From positions 36,146,001-36,210,000 of the forward strand of contig OZ024745.1 in assembly GCA_964016885.1 (NCBI GenBank): a stretch of DNA of 64,000 nucleotides, read 5' to 3'. Positions 11,846 to 25,979 of the stretch are shown here, piece after piece. Made by a program: the position numbers and the translations under genes. The stretch comes from Eledone cirrhosa (lineage: Eukaryota). Position 1 is the first letter of the stretch; each line of letters begins with the position of its first letter. A model generated the notes under the pieces. That model saw nothing but the letters and a program-made list of their open reading frames with translations. It made no database searches and was not told the origin of the DNA.

Positions 11846-14085
11846 TTCTCCGGTCTCCTGGAAGCGGTCTTCTGCAACTGGCAACAGAACGGGAGAATTC
11901 CCAGTTCTGTAACCGGGGGCGTAGTCACACAAGTCAGGAAGGACGAGAATAAGGGGGATGACATAGGCAACTTCCGGCCCATAACTCTGCTAAACACAGA
12001 GTTACAGATTTTGGCCAAGGTGTTGGCAAAGAGGCTGCCGCTTGTCGTCGAGAACCTGGTGGGAGAAGCGCAGACATGCGCAATCCCGACCAGGTCCATA
12101 CACGACAACCTCCACCTCATGCGATACATCATAGAGAGGTTAGGGTGTAAATCCGGCTTCTGTGGGGCCCTGATCAATTTGGATCAGTCTAAGGCTTTCG
12201 ATAGGGTTGACCATCGTTACCTGGATGCGGTGCTCGAGGCGGCAGGCTTCAGACCCGTGTTCAGGGGCTGGATTGCTGCAATGCACAACAGCAACATCTG
12301 CACAAGGGTCATGGTTAACAGCTACCTCTCGGAGCCGTTCCATATTACGCGATCCATTCGACAGGGATGCCCTCTCTCCTTCCTTCAGTACGTACTGACT
12401 CTCGAGCCACTACTGCGGAAGTTGGATCTATTGCAGGGCATCCCTCTGGAACAGGGACTGCGGAAAGCGGCGTCGGCCTACGCCGACGACGTATCAGTAG
12501 TGGTGTCGAGCGCCTCGCAAATCGAGGAAGTCGGCACCTTACTGTAGGAATACGAAAGTTTCACAGGAGCGAAGCTGAACCGGGACAAGTCCATCGGTTT
12601 GCAACTCGGATCGTGGAGAGGCAAACCGATGCCTTCCGATGGCGTCGTCGCACTCTGGACGGAAGGACCGGTAAAGCTGCTCGGGGTCTGGTTTGGTCCG
12701 GACCTCCAGGTGGAGAAGAATTGGAACGAAGTGACGGCCAAGGTGTTTGCACTCACCCAGAAGTGGGCCGAGTGCAAACTATCATTGAAAGGTCGAGTGG
12801 AGGTTGCGAACACTTTTATAGCATCCGCCATCTACTACCGCTTGACCGTCGTGCTTTATCCAGCCAAAACGCTCGCCAAAATGGAGCGCGCGTTCTTCTA
12901 ATTCCTTTGGAAGAGGCGGGCTCCTTTGGTGTAAAGATCCATCTGCTGCCAACACCCTTCTAACAGAGGGCTGGGGATGCCGTGGTTGACGATGCGCAAA
13001 CACGCGCCCAGGCTGCGTCATCTCTACGTATTCCTCACCGGACAACCGGTGTGGGCCCCGTTCGTGAGGCGAGCCTTCCCACGACTCGTCTCGCTGACCG
13101 AGCTGCAGTCCTGGGTCAAGCAAAGACCGAGGAAAATGGGGGACTGGGACATCGAATGTGCTCAGGCGCTCACAGCCTTCTGGCAGGCGGACCCGGCGTT
13201 CAGTGGAGACTCCACTTCGTCATTCTATAGAGGGTTGATCCGTAGCAAGTGCGACGACGCGCTCGGTGAAACTCTAGGCGTAGAGGAAGATGAACTGGCC
13301 AGTCTGTTCGGTAGGACCTTCCACCCGGGACCGATGGACAACTACCAAAAGTCCCTGGCCTGGCAGTGCTACCGAGGAGCTCTACCAGTTCGAGACAAGC
13401 TCTACAGAAATGGGCGCCCGGGCAGGGACCCTGCAAAAAAGATCTGTCCGAGGTGCGTGCGAGACGAAGAAACCGTCGCGCACGCATTCATACACTGCCC
13501 GGGCGTCACTGACCTGTGAGGCTATGTAGAACGACTATTGTCGCGGGTGGGACCAATCCGGTTGGCCACCGAGTCCATTATCATGATCAAACCGCCACCC
13601 ACCTTCAAAAACGAAGGAGAGGCGGTTTTCCTTTGTGTGATAGCTATGGCGAAAGAGGTTGTATGGTGGACAAGGTTGAAAGGGCTGAGGTCAGACACCT
13701 TTCTCTCCGGCCAACAACTGATTCTTTTTTTCAAATACCACTTTGGAAGAAGAATCAGGATGGAGAGAGAGGTGCTGTACCCCAGCAAGTTTTATGAAAG
13801 GTGGGTGAAAGTGGCGAGAATGGCCCATAGTGAATGGGCCTTCTCTCTATATCAGCCTGTAGGTTGAGGAAAAGGAGGAGAAGAGGAAAGGAGTACAAAC
13901 TCTTCGTACTCCTGGAGATGAAGGTTGCACATTTTTCGGGGGTATGTGTTACCCATATAAATTGTCTCCCTTTATTGGGGAAAATCGACTAACATTTTAC
14001 ACGTTTTTATTGTATGTAAACTTCCCCCTTTGTATTTGTCCCCTTCTTTTGTGCCCCTGTGGCTAATAAAGAAACATATCTATCT
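11846..14085 (+). mobile_element. Tx1-clade LINE, 5'-truncated copy A (RT plus C-terminal CCHC zinc knuckle), pseudogenised
   Basis: Motifs NFRPITLLNTELQILAKVLAKRL, LDQSKAFDRVDH, RQGCPLS, YADD, GLGMP and CPRCVRDEETVAHAFIHC, with in-frame stops. The 3' UTR ends AATAAAGAAACA-TATCTATC. Confidence 0.9.
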
Positions 14086-14095
14086 ATATAACTAT

Positions 14096-16216
14096 CAGAT
14101 TTTGGCCAAGGTGCTAGCAAAGAGGTTGGCGCTTGTCGTGGGCAACCTGGTGGGAGATGCGCAGACATGTGCTATCCCGTCCAGGTCATTCCATGACAAC
14201 CTCCCCCTCATGCGATACATCACAGAGAGGGTTGGGAACGAACCCGGCTTTGGTGGGGCTCTGATCAACTTGGATCAATCTAAGGCGTTCGATAGGGTCA
14301 ACCATGGTTACCTGGAAGCGGTGCTAGCGGCGACAGGCTTCGGACCCGTTTTCAGGGGCTGGATCACTGCTATGCACAGCAGCCGCATCTGCTCTAGGGT
14401 CAAGGTGAACGGCTACATCCTGGAGCCGTTCAAAATCGCGCGGTCCATCCGACAAGGGTGCCCTCTCTCCTCCCTCCTGTATGTGTTGACTCTCGAGCCA
14501 CTACTGCGGAAGTTGGAGTTGTTGCAGGGCATCCCTTTGGAACCGGAATTGCGGAAAGAGGTGTCGGCCTACGCCGATGACGTGACAGTAATGGTGTCGA
14601 CGGCCTCGTAAATCGGGGCGATCGGCACCTTACTGGAGGAGTACGAAAGCTTCACAGGGGCTAAGCTGAACCGAGACAAGTCGATCGGTTTGCAACTCGG
14701 CACGTGGAGGGGCAAACCGATGCCCTCCGATGGCGTCGTCGGACGCTGGACGGAGGGCCCGGTGAAGTTGCTCGGGGTCTGGTTCAGACCAGACGTCCAG
14801 GTGGAGAAGAACTGGGCGGAGGTTACGTACAGGGTGTTTCCACTGACCCAGAAGTGGGCCAGTTGCAAACTATCTCTGAAAGGTCGGGCGGAGGTGGCGA
14901 ACGCCTATACAGCGTCCGTCATCTACTACCGCCTGACCGTCGTGCCTTGCGCAAGGGAAACCCTCGCCAAGATGGAGCGCGCGCTCTTCAAATTCCTTTG
15001 GAAGAGGCGGGCTCCCTTGGTGAGGATATCCATCTGCTGTCAACACCCTTCGAAAGGAGGGCTGGGGATGCCGTGGCTAATGATGCGTAAACACGCATTA
15101 AGGCTACGGCACATCCACGTATTCCTCACCGGTCAACCGGTGTGGGCCTCGTTTGTGAGACGAACCTTTCCCAGACTCGTCTCACTCACCGAGCTACAAT
15201 CCTGGGTCAAGCAAAGACCGAGAAAACTGGGCACCTGGCACACTGTGTGTGCCTAGGCGCTCACCGCCCTCTGGCAGGCGGATCCGGTTATCAGTGGAGA
15301 CTCCACCGCAACATTCTATAGAGGGCTGGTACGCAGCAAGTGCGACGACGCCCTCGGAGAAGCCCTAGACTTGGAGGAAGACGAACTGGCCAGCCTCTTC
15401 GGTAGGACATTCAACCCGGGACCTATGGACAACTTCCAGAAGTCCCTGGCCTGGCAGTGCTACCGAGGGGCTCTACCCGTTCGAGAAAAGCTCTACAGAC
15501 ACGGGCGCCCGGGTAGGGACCCCGCCAAAAAGATCTGTCCCAGATGCGTGTGCGACTAGGAAACCGTTGCACACGCATTGGTACACTGCTCGGGCGTAGC
15601 CGATCTGTGGGGCTATGTCGAACTACTGCTGTCAAGGGTGGGACCGATCCCGTTGACCACCGAGTCTATTGTAACGATCAAGCCGCCTCCCCCCTTCAAA
15701 AATGAAGGAGAGGAGGTGTTTCTGTGCGTAATAGCCATGGTGAAATAGGTTGTATGGTGGACGCGTCTGAAAGGACTGAGGTCAGGCACCTTTCTCTCTG
15801 GCCAACAACTGATCCGTTTCTTCCGATATCATTTCGGAAGAAGGATCAGGATGGAGAGAGAGGTGCTCCACCCCAGTCGTTTTTATGAAAGGTGGGTGAA
15901 AGTAGCGAGAATGGCCCGTGTGAATGGGCCTTCTCTTTACATAAGCCTGTAGGTGGAAAAGAGGTAGGAACGAGGGAGCACCCCCTCTCTGTGCTCCTGA
16001 GGAGAAGGGTTGCACACTATTTTCGGGTGTGTGTGCGACCCCCCAAAGCGCCTCCTCTCTATTGAGGATTTTGTTATAAATTTTATTTTGTTATATTTTA
16101 TTTTATTTTTATATTTTGTTATTGCCTCCTCCTTATTGAGGACGCCTTGTTTTGTAAACTCACCCCATTGTACTTGTCCCACTTTTTGATGCCCTGGTGG
16201 CAAATAAAAAGAAACA
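14096..16216 (+). mobile_element. Tx1-clade LINE, 5'-truncated copy B, pseudogenised
   Basis: Same RT and zinc-knuckle motifs (ORFs 14030-14611, 14690-15256, 15371-15559). It ends AATAAAAAGAAACA followed by (TATC)n. Confidence 0.9.

Positions 16217-16287
<71 letters not shown>
16217..16287. repeat. (TATC)n tract between Tx1 copies B and C
   Basis: Read directly from the sequence. Confidence 0.95.
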
Positions 16288-19200
16288 GATACCTTATGAT
16301 ACCTTCTTCGGGATGGATACACGTGTGAAACTTGCTGGGTAAGTTCTGCTTAAATTTCTATACAAATTCTTGACTGTCAGCCTGCATTTTTATACCAATT
16401 TGTAGAGGGACTGCCAGGTCAAAATTTGATCTGATCAGTATCTCAAAATATTCTACGCCTTTAGGCGAAATAGTTCATGGAAAAAGGTTTCTGAAAAAAC
16501 TAACGTTTTAAAAAAAGTGGCTGAAGCAACAACTTCTTCACCAACATTCGAAGGAGGAAAAGGGAAGATATGCTTACAGCTTCCCCCTTCCACTGTCATA
16601 GTAGCAGGTGTCTTAGACAAAGGTCAGGCAGAGGAAGGATTTTCTTCACCTGCTGACCGACAACTTGACGTTGCCATAGCAACCAAAAGTGTGAAACAAT
16701 GAACAAAAACAACACAACCAGCACCACCAGCAACAACAGCAATGCTATGAAGGAAAACAACACCAACAACAACGAAGACAACAACAATAACAAGAACAAC
16801 AAAACAACAACTCCAGCACAAAAGAAAGCAACCAAACACACAAAAAAAAACAAAAACGTTTGCAGAGAGCCTTGCCAAAGAGACAGAGTTTATAGAAATA
16901 GATCTGTCAAACCAAGCGCAGCACCTAAAGGACGCTGGCAACATATAACTTTCGAAGGTAAAGTCTTTCGAATAAGTACCCCACCGGAAATTAGAGCCGC
17001 GACCTTAAGAAAAACAATTTTCTTCCGGACGATCTGCTCACAAACCAAGAAACCTATGATTTAAGCAATAGCACGGTGGAAACAGCACTAAAGGAGGCAA
17101 TGCCAAGCATTGCTTACCTCCAGAGGGCCAAGCAGTACGGGAGCATCTCGGTGCTCTTTAAAAGCGTGGCCCTAGTCCAGAAATATTCGGTGGCTCCAAT
17201 TAGAACGAGCCAACACCTCTTCTTCCCAACATACATGGGAAGAAGAACCCATAAAATGAGGATCTCTCAGATCCCACCGAACACCAACATTTGGTGGATC
17301 CTGTGTGGTTCTTTGGAGGAGGGTGAAGACAACCTCCTCTCTGTAAAAAAACCAATCCGACAGAACTGGAACGGGATAGGTGCCGGTGGATGATCACTAT
17401 GGTGTCCACATCGCAGTGGAGGGCAAAAGACCGCAATGTTTCAAATAATGAAAAAAACACACATTTAAAAGCATTTTGTCCAATGATGAATGTGGAAAAA
17501 CAAAAGAAGGCGTTGTTGTCAACCCCAAAACAGACACACCCGAAAACAAAAAACACAACTCCCAAACCATCAACATTCACCCAACCATCACAAACCACAA
17601 AGTACACCACACCAAAAATTCCCCTGAAGGACTCTGTCCCACCCCTTCCCCCTTCTTTCCAACACTCCCACAAACATACACACAAACACTCCACCACCAC
17701 ACAACATATTCCTCCCACCTACCCACAATGATAACACCTCAGACACGGGAACCTCAACATCTCCAAGCAAGGATGAAGCGGAACCCCCAAAATCCAAGAA
17801 GCAAAAGAGACAGAAAAGATTAAAAAAAAACATCAACTGAAAATACGTACACACCCAGCACTGACATACACATACCACCACAAGCGAGAACCACACCAAC
17901 AACACAACCAGGCACTTCACCAACAAAACAAACACCCACACCACCACAATCACAAACCCCAACCACAAGAAGAAAACTAGAAACAGAAACAGTACACATA
18001 AAAAAAAAACACATTACACAAACATAAAAACAAGAAACAAAGAACTGGTGGAAATTGTCCTGAAGGACCCAACAATACAAATGGAAGAGAAAACCTTCCC
18101 CACCAACGACCCACCTCCAAACCTCAAACTTATCAGAGTAACAACCTTACGGTACGAAACTTTAAAAGGGAACTTCCCACATGATGTGGGCCCCCCTTGC
18201 CAAAAAACCCTTAACCGTGTCCTGCTAAAAGGATTCCCTACCTCCCCAAACTCCACCAATTTGAACATGGAGATCGAACGACCCGACCTCCAGGAAACGA
18301 AAAGATAAGTGTTCTTGCCTTTTCTCTCCTTAACTCTTCTTCACCAACATGGCGACTATACAAGTTGGATGTTTGAATGTACGTGTCCTGGGCATGCTCT
18401 GGAAACTGGGCCAGCTTTGAAATGATCTCAGGTCACCTTTTATAGATGTGATAGCCATCACCGAGTCCAGCATTCACGACAAGCAGCAGCTAATGCCCAT
18501 GTTCGATGATTTTGATATCTACGCATCTCTCTGTCAGCCAGGAGGTGGAGGGGGAGTTGCTGTTCTGTTTCGAAAAAACTTGGATCTCAAAATATAGACG
18601 ATTCACTTGGACCCGGAGGACAGCCTGGTGGTCCTAGACGTGAATGGTAGTGAAGGTGGAGTTTTCAGACTGGTGGCCGTATATGCCCCGAATGGGACAT
18701 CGCGACCAGAGATCTTCAAGCGTCTGGAGCCATTCCTGGGAATGTCTCGCTCCATAGTGTTAGCGGGGGACTGGAATGGCATCTTAGACGCACGTTGGGA
18801 CTATGTAGGAGCTTGTGATAATAGAGGGGGGTGTAATAGCCTCAAAAATGTTATCAGCCAATTCCAACTGGCTGATAGATATCGACTAGACTTCCCAAGT
18901 GCACCACTGTGGACGTGGAGCCATCGCACTGGATCTTCTAGATCGTATTTAGATAGACTTTTAATTAGACAGAATGATAAGGACACATTAAGCTGTCCAA
19001 AAATGCACATGGTTGCCTATTCAGACCACAAATTAGTCACCTGCGTAGTCAACCTTGATAGAACACATAAACAGGGACCCGGATACTGGAAGCTAAACAT
19101 GTCATTCGCGGCGCGTAAGGCCTTCAGTAAACGGATCAGCACCTTAGTTAAGTGCCAGTTGACGAGGGCGATCGTCAACAACAGGTGGTGGAGCTCTCTT

Positions 19201-21752
19201 AAGAGAGCAATTAGAATAGAATCGATAGCATTTAGCAAGGAAGTAGCTTTAGAAAAAAACAAAACTGAAAAGGAACTGGTAGCTAACATAGAAGAGGCAC
19301 TTAGGAATGGCAGTACAGCTGACGTGCTAGCGGCGAGAACGGCACTAGACCAGTTCTTCAATGTGAAACACGAAGGTTGTATTGTGAGAAGTAGAACACG
19401 GGCTCTAAGAAACGAGGGAGCCAAAGCTGTTAGCTGGGCCCGAGTGGCAGAGGCGAAAAGTGGCAACAAATCCACATTCGGTCTTTGCAAGACAAAGATG
19501 GACGCATTATACTTGAATCCAAGCAGATGTGCGCGGCCTTCCAGCAGCATTTTGCACAACTGTCCGGGCAAAGCGGTACATCGAGCGAGGTGATGGACTT
19601 CAGCTCCTACCTCGACGGCGTACCGCGACTGTCCAGCACGAATGCGGAGAGCTGCGAAAGGCCGATCACAGCGGGCGAAATAGAAGATGCCCTAGGCCGC
19701 TGCGGGAAACGCAAATCACCCGGTTTAGATGGTCTAGCCTATGAGTTTTACATAGTCATGCCAGACCTGTTCTCTGGCGTCCTCGAAGCGGTCTACTGCA
19801 ACTGGCAGCAGAAGGGGAGGATTCCCAGTTCTGTAGGCAGCCGCGTAGTAACGCTGATCAGGGAAGGTGAGAACAAGGGGGATGAGATAAGCAAGTTCAG
19901 GCTGGATCGCTGCCATGCACACCAGCCTCTGCTCGGCAGTCAAGGTGAATGGCTACCTATCAGAGCCATTTTAAATCATGCGTTCAATCCGTCAGGGATG
20001 CCCTCTCTCCTCCATTCTGTATGTACTAACTCTCGAGCCGTTACGGCGGAAATTGGAGCTGTTGCAGGGCATTCCGATTGAACCAGGACTGCGGAAAGCA
20101 GCATCAGCCTATGCCGACGACATAACCGTAATATTGTCAAAAACCTCGGAAATCGGGGTAATCGGCAACCTATTACAGGAATACGAAACGGTGACAAGAG
20201 CAAGACTAAACCCAAACAAGTCTGTCGGTTTGCAACTCGGCACATGGAGAGGCAAACCCATGCCTTCCGACATTGTCGTTGCACGCTGGGCGGACGGTCC
20301 GGTGAAATTGGTCGGGGTCTGGTTCAGTCCAGACCACCAGGTGGACAAGAACTGGACCGAGGTCACGGCGAAGGTGTTTGCACTGAACCAGAAGTGAGCT
20401 GAGTGCAAACTCTCCTTGAAAGGTCGAGCGGAGGTGGCGAACACTTACATAGCGTCCGTCATCTACTACTGCTTGACAGTCGTGCCTTGCCCCCGCGAAT
20501 ACCTTACCAAAATGGAACGCCTACTCTTCAAGTTGCTCTGGAAGAAACAGGCCCCATTGTTGAGGAGATCCATCTGCTGTCAACACCTTTCTAACGGAGG
20601 GCTGGGCATGCCGTGGCTGATGATGCGCAAACATGCGCTGAGGCTACGCCATCTCCAGGTATTCCTGACCGGTGAATCGGTGTGGCTGTCGTTTGTTAGA
20701 CAAGCTCTTCCACAACGCGTCTCACTAACAGAGCTGCAGTCGTGGGTCAAGCGAAGACCGAAAATTGGTGCCTGGCACCTCGACTGCCTACAGGCGCTCA
20801 CAGCCCTCTACCAAGCGGAAACAGCAATCAGCGGAGACTCCACTTCGACATTCTATAGGGGATTAGTGGAGGATAAGTGCGACGACATTCTCGGGGAAAT
20901 TCTAGGCATCGAGGAGGACGAACTGACCAGTCTGTTCGGGAGGACTTTCCGTCCAGGGCCTATGGATAACTTCCAGATGTCTCTGGCCTGGCAGTGCTAC
21001 CGAGGAGCTCTACCAGTTCGAGACAAAATCTACAGGCACGGACACCCTGGCAGAGATCCTGCCAAAAGGACCTGTCCAAGATGCGAGCAGGACATCGAAA
21101 CCGTTCTTCACGCAATTGTTCAGTGCCCAGGGTGACCGACCTGTGGAATTATGTCGAACAGCTGCTGTCACGTGTGGGACACATCCAGGTGTCAGCCGAG
21201 TCCATCGTGAGGATCACCCCGCCGCCTTCATTTAAGAACGAAGGAGATGCGGTTTTCCTCTGTCTGGTGGCTATGGCGAAAGAGGTAGTATGGTGGACGA
21301 GGTTAAAAGGACTGAGGGCAAAACACCTTTCTCTCCGGACAACAACGTATCCCCTTCTTTAAGTATCACTTTAGAAGGAAGGTGAGAGTGGAGAGGGAGG
21401 TGCTACACCCCAGTAAATTCGCTGAAAGGTGGGTGAATGTGGCGAAAATGGTCCGAGTGAATGCGCCCTCTATGTATATAAACCTGTAGGTTGAGGAAGA
21501 TAAACAGAGGGAAGACAGGAACACCTACAAAACGTGTTCCCGGTGTGGAGGGTTGTTCTATCCACAGGGTGTAAAACAACCCTGCAGTAACGTTCCACCC
21601 TGCTGGGGATTTCAATTGTTATTTTATTATATATAGTTTATTGTTATTTGTTCATGTTAAAGTTATTTTTATGTAAAACCCCCGCCGTCACGTCTTGTAA
21701 TGTCCCATTTTTGTATGCCCCTGTGGCAAATAAAGAAAGATATCTATCTATC
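16288..21752 (+). mobile_element. Near full-length Tx1-clade LINE copy C (degenerate ORF1, ORF2 = APE + RT + zinc knuckle)
   Basis: An A/C-rich broken ORF1 lies at ~16500-18308. ORF2 starts at 18349 (MATIQVGCLNVR) and has APE motifs AVYAPN, AGDWN, SYLDR, SDH and GYWKLN, then SPGLDGL, RQGCPLS and YADD. It ends AATAAAGAAAGA-TATCTATCTATC. Confidence 0.88.
18349..21489 (+). pseudogene. Tx1 ORF2 (APE-RT) with stops, frameshifts and a ~290-bp internal RT deletion
   Basis: ORF pieces 18607-19593, 19485-20081, 19978-20397, 20416-21135 and 20994-21362. Confidence 0.85.
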
Positions 21753-21822
21753 TAAATATATTTACATATATATATTTATTTAAAATATATTTATATATAT
21801 ATAATGTTAAATTGAAAATTAG

Positions 21823-21921
<99 letters not shown>

Positions 21922-22509
21922 TTCAGTCCAACAGCGGGGTGTATTCTGTGTTTGTCTTTAAAATCTATTCTTTCCAATTTCCTAAAGAAAGTAATTGTTT
22001 TCAGAAAATAAAAAAAAGAAGCATATGTAATCAGATATAAAGAACAAAGCAATCTGGCGTAGGTGTGAATTATTTACACACAAGTTTGTTTGCAGGTACA
22101 ATGGACCATACGCAGAAAGAACCACATTTATCCAAGGGGCTTAAATCTAAAAAAAGTAAGCTGAATAATAAGACAGATTTATACAATAATATATATACAG
22201 GCACAATCGCACAGATACGCACACACACACACGCACACACACACACGTGTATGTATATATATATTTATATACATGTATGTATGTATGCAAGCACATGTGT
22301 GTGGATAGGTGCGTGTGTGTACTGTGTATATTTACCTAGAAGCATCATAACGTCTTTGGGCTTCCTTTATATGTTTATCACTGAAACGTCTAAGGAAAAT
22401 AAACTACAGAAAGAATATATATATGAGTGTGTGTATATGTGTGTGCACGTGTGTATGTATATTTATATATCATATATTATAACATGAATATATATATGTA
22501 TATATACAT

Positions 22510-22557
<48 letters not shown>

Positions 22558-22623
22558 ATATATATACATATATATACAGAGAGAGAAAGAGAGAAAGAGA
22601 ACGAAAGAGAGAGTGAGAGAGAG

Positions 22624-22686
<63 letters not shown>

Positions 22687-22803
22687 GTAAGTTGATAGAT
22701 AATTGTGTTATATAATATTTACTAAATATTAGTTGGAGCTAGGGTGGTGTCACCCGAATCAGCAAACGAATGTATACACACAGAAACACACACACACACA
22801 GAA

Positions 22804-22858
<55 letters not shown>

Positions 22859-23213
22859 ATAAAATTAAGTCAAATTTGGCTTCGTTTATTAAAGGTGTAC
22901 TGCTATATATATTTCGGTGACAGCCAGCCTTGCCTGTGACCTCTTCATAGGCTAGCCAAGATACTTTGGTGGAATAAGCAAATGAGGTTTATTCTTCAAC
23001 GTAGTCCATGAAACAATAAAGTTGTTGATAAAAATTGAAATTAATGCATGGAAGATTCACAGCTCTATCACCATGCCTTCATAGCTAGTTTATGAACTTC
23101 TCAGCTGACCCTCGTAAATATTATATCGGATCACTTACCCTAGACTGAGCAAATTTTCTTTTCTTTCTTTTTCTTTTCCACGTATATTTATGCTCCACAC
23201 ACACAGACACACA

Positions 23214-23308
<95 letters not shown>

Positions 23309-23391
23309 GTGGAGGAGATGAGTTTTATTGTAGCACAATAAAGCAATGCAAATATCGGATAAGTAGCACTCAACAGTTTATTGGACTGGAG

Positions 23392-23543
23392 TATATATAA
23401 GAAGACATTAAAAGATGGTTAAAAAAGTTCCATGTATTTTATTATGCGCATTTCAAAAACAAATATCGTCCCTGGATGATATTTGTTTTTGAAATGCGCA
23501 TAATAAAATACATGGAACTTTTTTAACCATCTTTTAATATCTT

Positions 23544-23553
<10 letters not shown>
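23392..23553. repeat. Near-perfect hairpin (~75-bp arms) abutting (TA)n, with its centre at an HHR-like remnant
   Basis: The arms are mirror images around CGTCCCTGGATG. The right arm starts CTGGATGA...GAAA-TGCGCAT, with a palindromic stem III-like segment. Confidence 0.8.
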
Positions 23554-23595
<42 letters not shown>

Positions 23596-23608
23596 TAGAA
23601 AAAGAGTA

Positions 23609-23666
<58 letters not shown>

Positions 23667-23679
23667 TAGGAAAAGAGTA

Positions 23680-23721
<42 letters not shown>

Positions 23722-23875
23722 AAAAGAGTCAGACCTAGCTGTTGAAACGGCCGGAGCTCAAACGTCGGGGTCCTGGCTCTTTTCCCATTACCCATTTTAC
23801 TAGTCTAAGTAGCGAGTACCCTGGTGCGTTATAGTCCACTTGGTTCCTTATCGCACTTCCTTCGTTATACAACAT

Positions 23876-23917
<42 letters not shown>

Positions 23918-24143
23918 GTATATAAGGATAATAATATGTGTGAGTGTGTGTGTGCGTGTACGTGTTTGTAATTTCCTTTTCATAAGTCTTCCAATGATGA
24001 CGATGATAATGCTGATGTTCATTATGATATTCTTGCTAACAACAGCAAAAACCAAGAATAGAAACGTAGAAAAGAAGTAGAGCATCAACAACAATAACAG
24101 CCAAAAGGAAACTAAACTAAATCCCTATATATTATATATCGAA

Positions 24144-24401
24144 GCATAATATTTGATGCATAAGTAGTCACGTGTATAGTTATGTCCATATGAGCTCTAA
24201 AGGCGAATTATATTGAAGTGTATAGCAAAAGAGAAATGTGTCTATCAAGCTGCAATATTAAATAGTTTCTGACCTATATGTTAAGTACTTAACGCCCACA
24301 ATAACATGAATGAGTACTTAATACACTAAGTATATGACTAGGTTGACATGTATTCCACTGAATCTTGTTAATCAAAGAAAATCAATGTAATTTCGATCAG
24401 T

Positions 24402-24450
<49 letters not shown>

Positions 24451-24461
24451 ATATATATATA

Positions 24462-24535
<74 letters not shown>

Positions 24536-24793
24536 ACTTATCGAAATTACATTGATTTTCTTTGATTAACAAGATTCAGTGGAATACATGTCAACCTAGT
24601 CATATACTTAGTGTATTAAGTGCTCATTCATGTTATTGTGGGCGTTAAGTACTTAACATATAGGTCAGAAACTATTTAATATTGCAGCTTGATAGACACA
24701 TTTCTCTTTTGCTATACACTTCAATATAATTCGCCTTTAGAGCTCATATGGACATAACTATACACGTGACTACTTATGCATCAAATATTATGC
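24144..24793. repeat. Long inverted repeat (~260-bp arms) with a (TA)n microsatellite as spacer
   Basis: 24144-24407 is the near-exact reverse complement of 24530-24793, and the mirrored ORFs 24365+ and 24372- reflect this. Confidence 0.9.
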
Positions 24794-25400
24794 GCGCATA
24801 TTTATATATACATATCAAGACTGAGAGAGGAAGAGGACAAGCTGACGTGCGCTGGTGCACAGAAGCGACTGGAAGAAGGAAATACGGAAAGGCGCTGTAC
24901 AAGACAATTTCACTCACTCACACACACACACAGAGCCCCCCCCCCCCCCCCCCCCCCCCCCCCACCACCACCACATATATATATCTAACTGTAGAGAATT
25001 TCGTATTCATAATTGATAGCGCACTGAGTGCAAGGGACGAGTAGTAATATACAAAATTAGGTTAAATTCACATTTCATTTGGCTGATAAACAGCTCGTCA
25101 ATCCGACCTCGTTCAAATGTAATGTGTATTGACGGGATTTGCGTTCTACTAGAGAGTTCTTATGGAAGGGAAGTGAGGTTTGAATGTGCGCATGCCAGTT
25201 TTATAAAGAGGCGGAAGTTAACTCGTCATTAGGATTGTGTAAATTATGAAGTATTTTACAGTTCAGGAATATGATACGTACGCTGGGATGATATAGATGT
25301 ATATCTACCACAGGTAGAAAGATGTTATAGAATCTACAGCCTCATTGAGAGTATACATAGTTCAAGAATATGTATATAAATATATATAAATATATATATA

Positions 25401-25661
<261 letters not shown>

Positions 25662-25746
25662 TTGCTCTACGGTTCTTATATATTTGATATATACTTATCC
25701 TTATCGAGCCCTCTTTGGATTTTAGTCTTCAAATTTATTATTATTA

Positions 25747-25778
<32 letters not shown>

Positions 25779-25804
25779 ATATATAAAATATGATATACAT
25801 ACAC

Positions 25805-25863
<59 letters not shown>

Positions 25864-25929
25864 AACGAGTAGGACCCCGACGGCTGGTTATGGTCCACCT
25901 GATTCCTTACCACATTTCCTCCGTTATAT

Positions 25930-25977
<48 letters not shown>

Positions 25978-25979
25978 AG

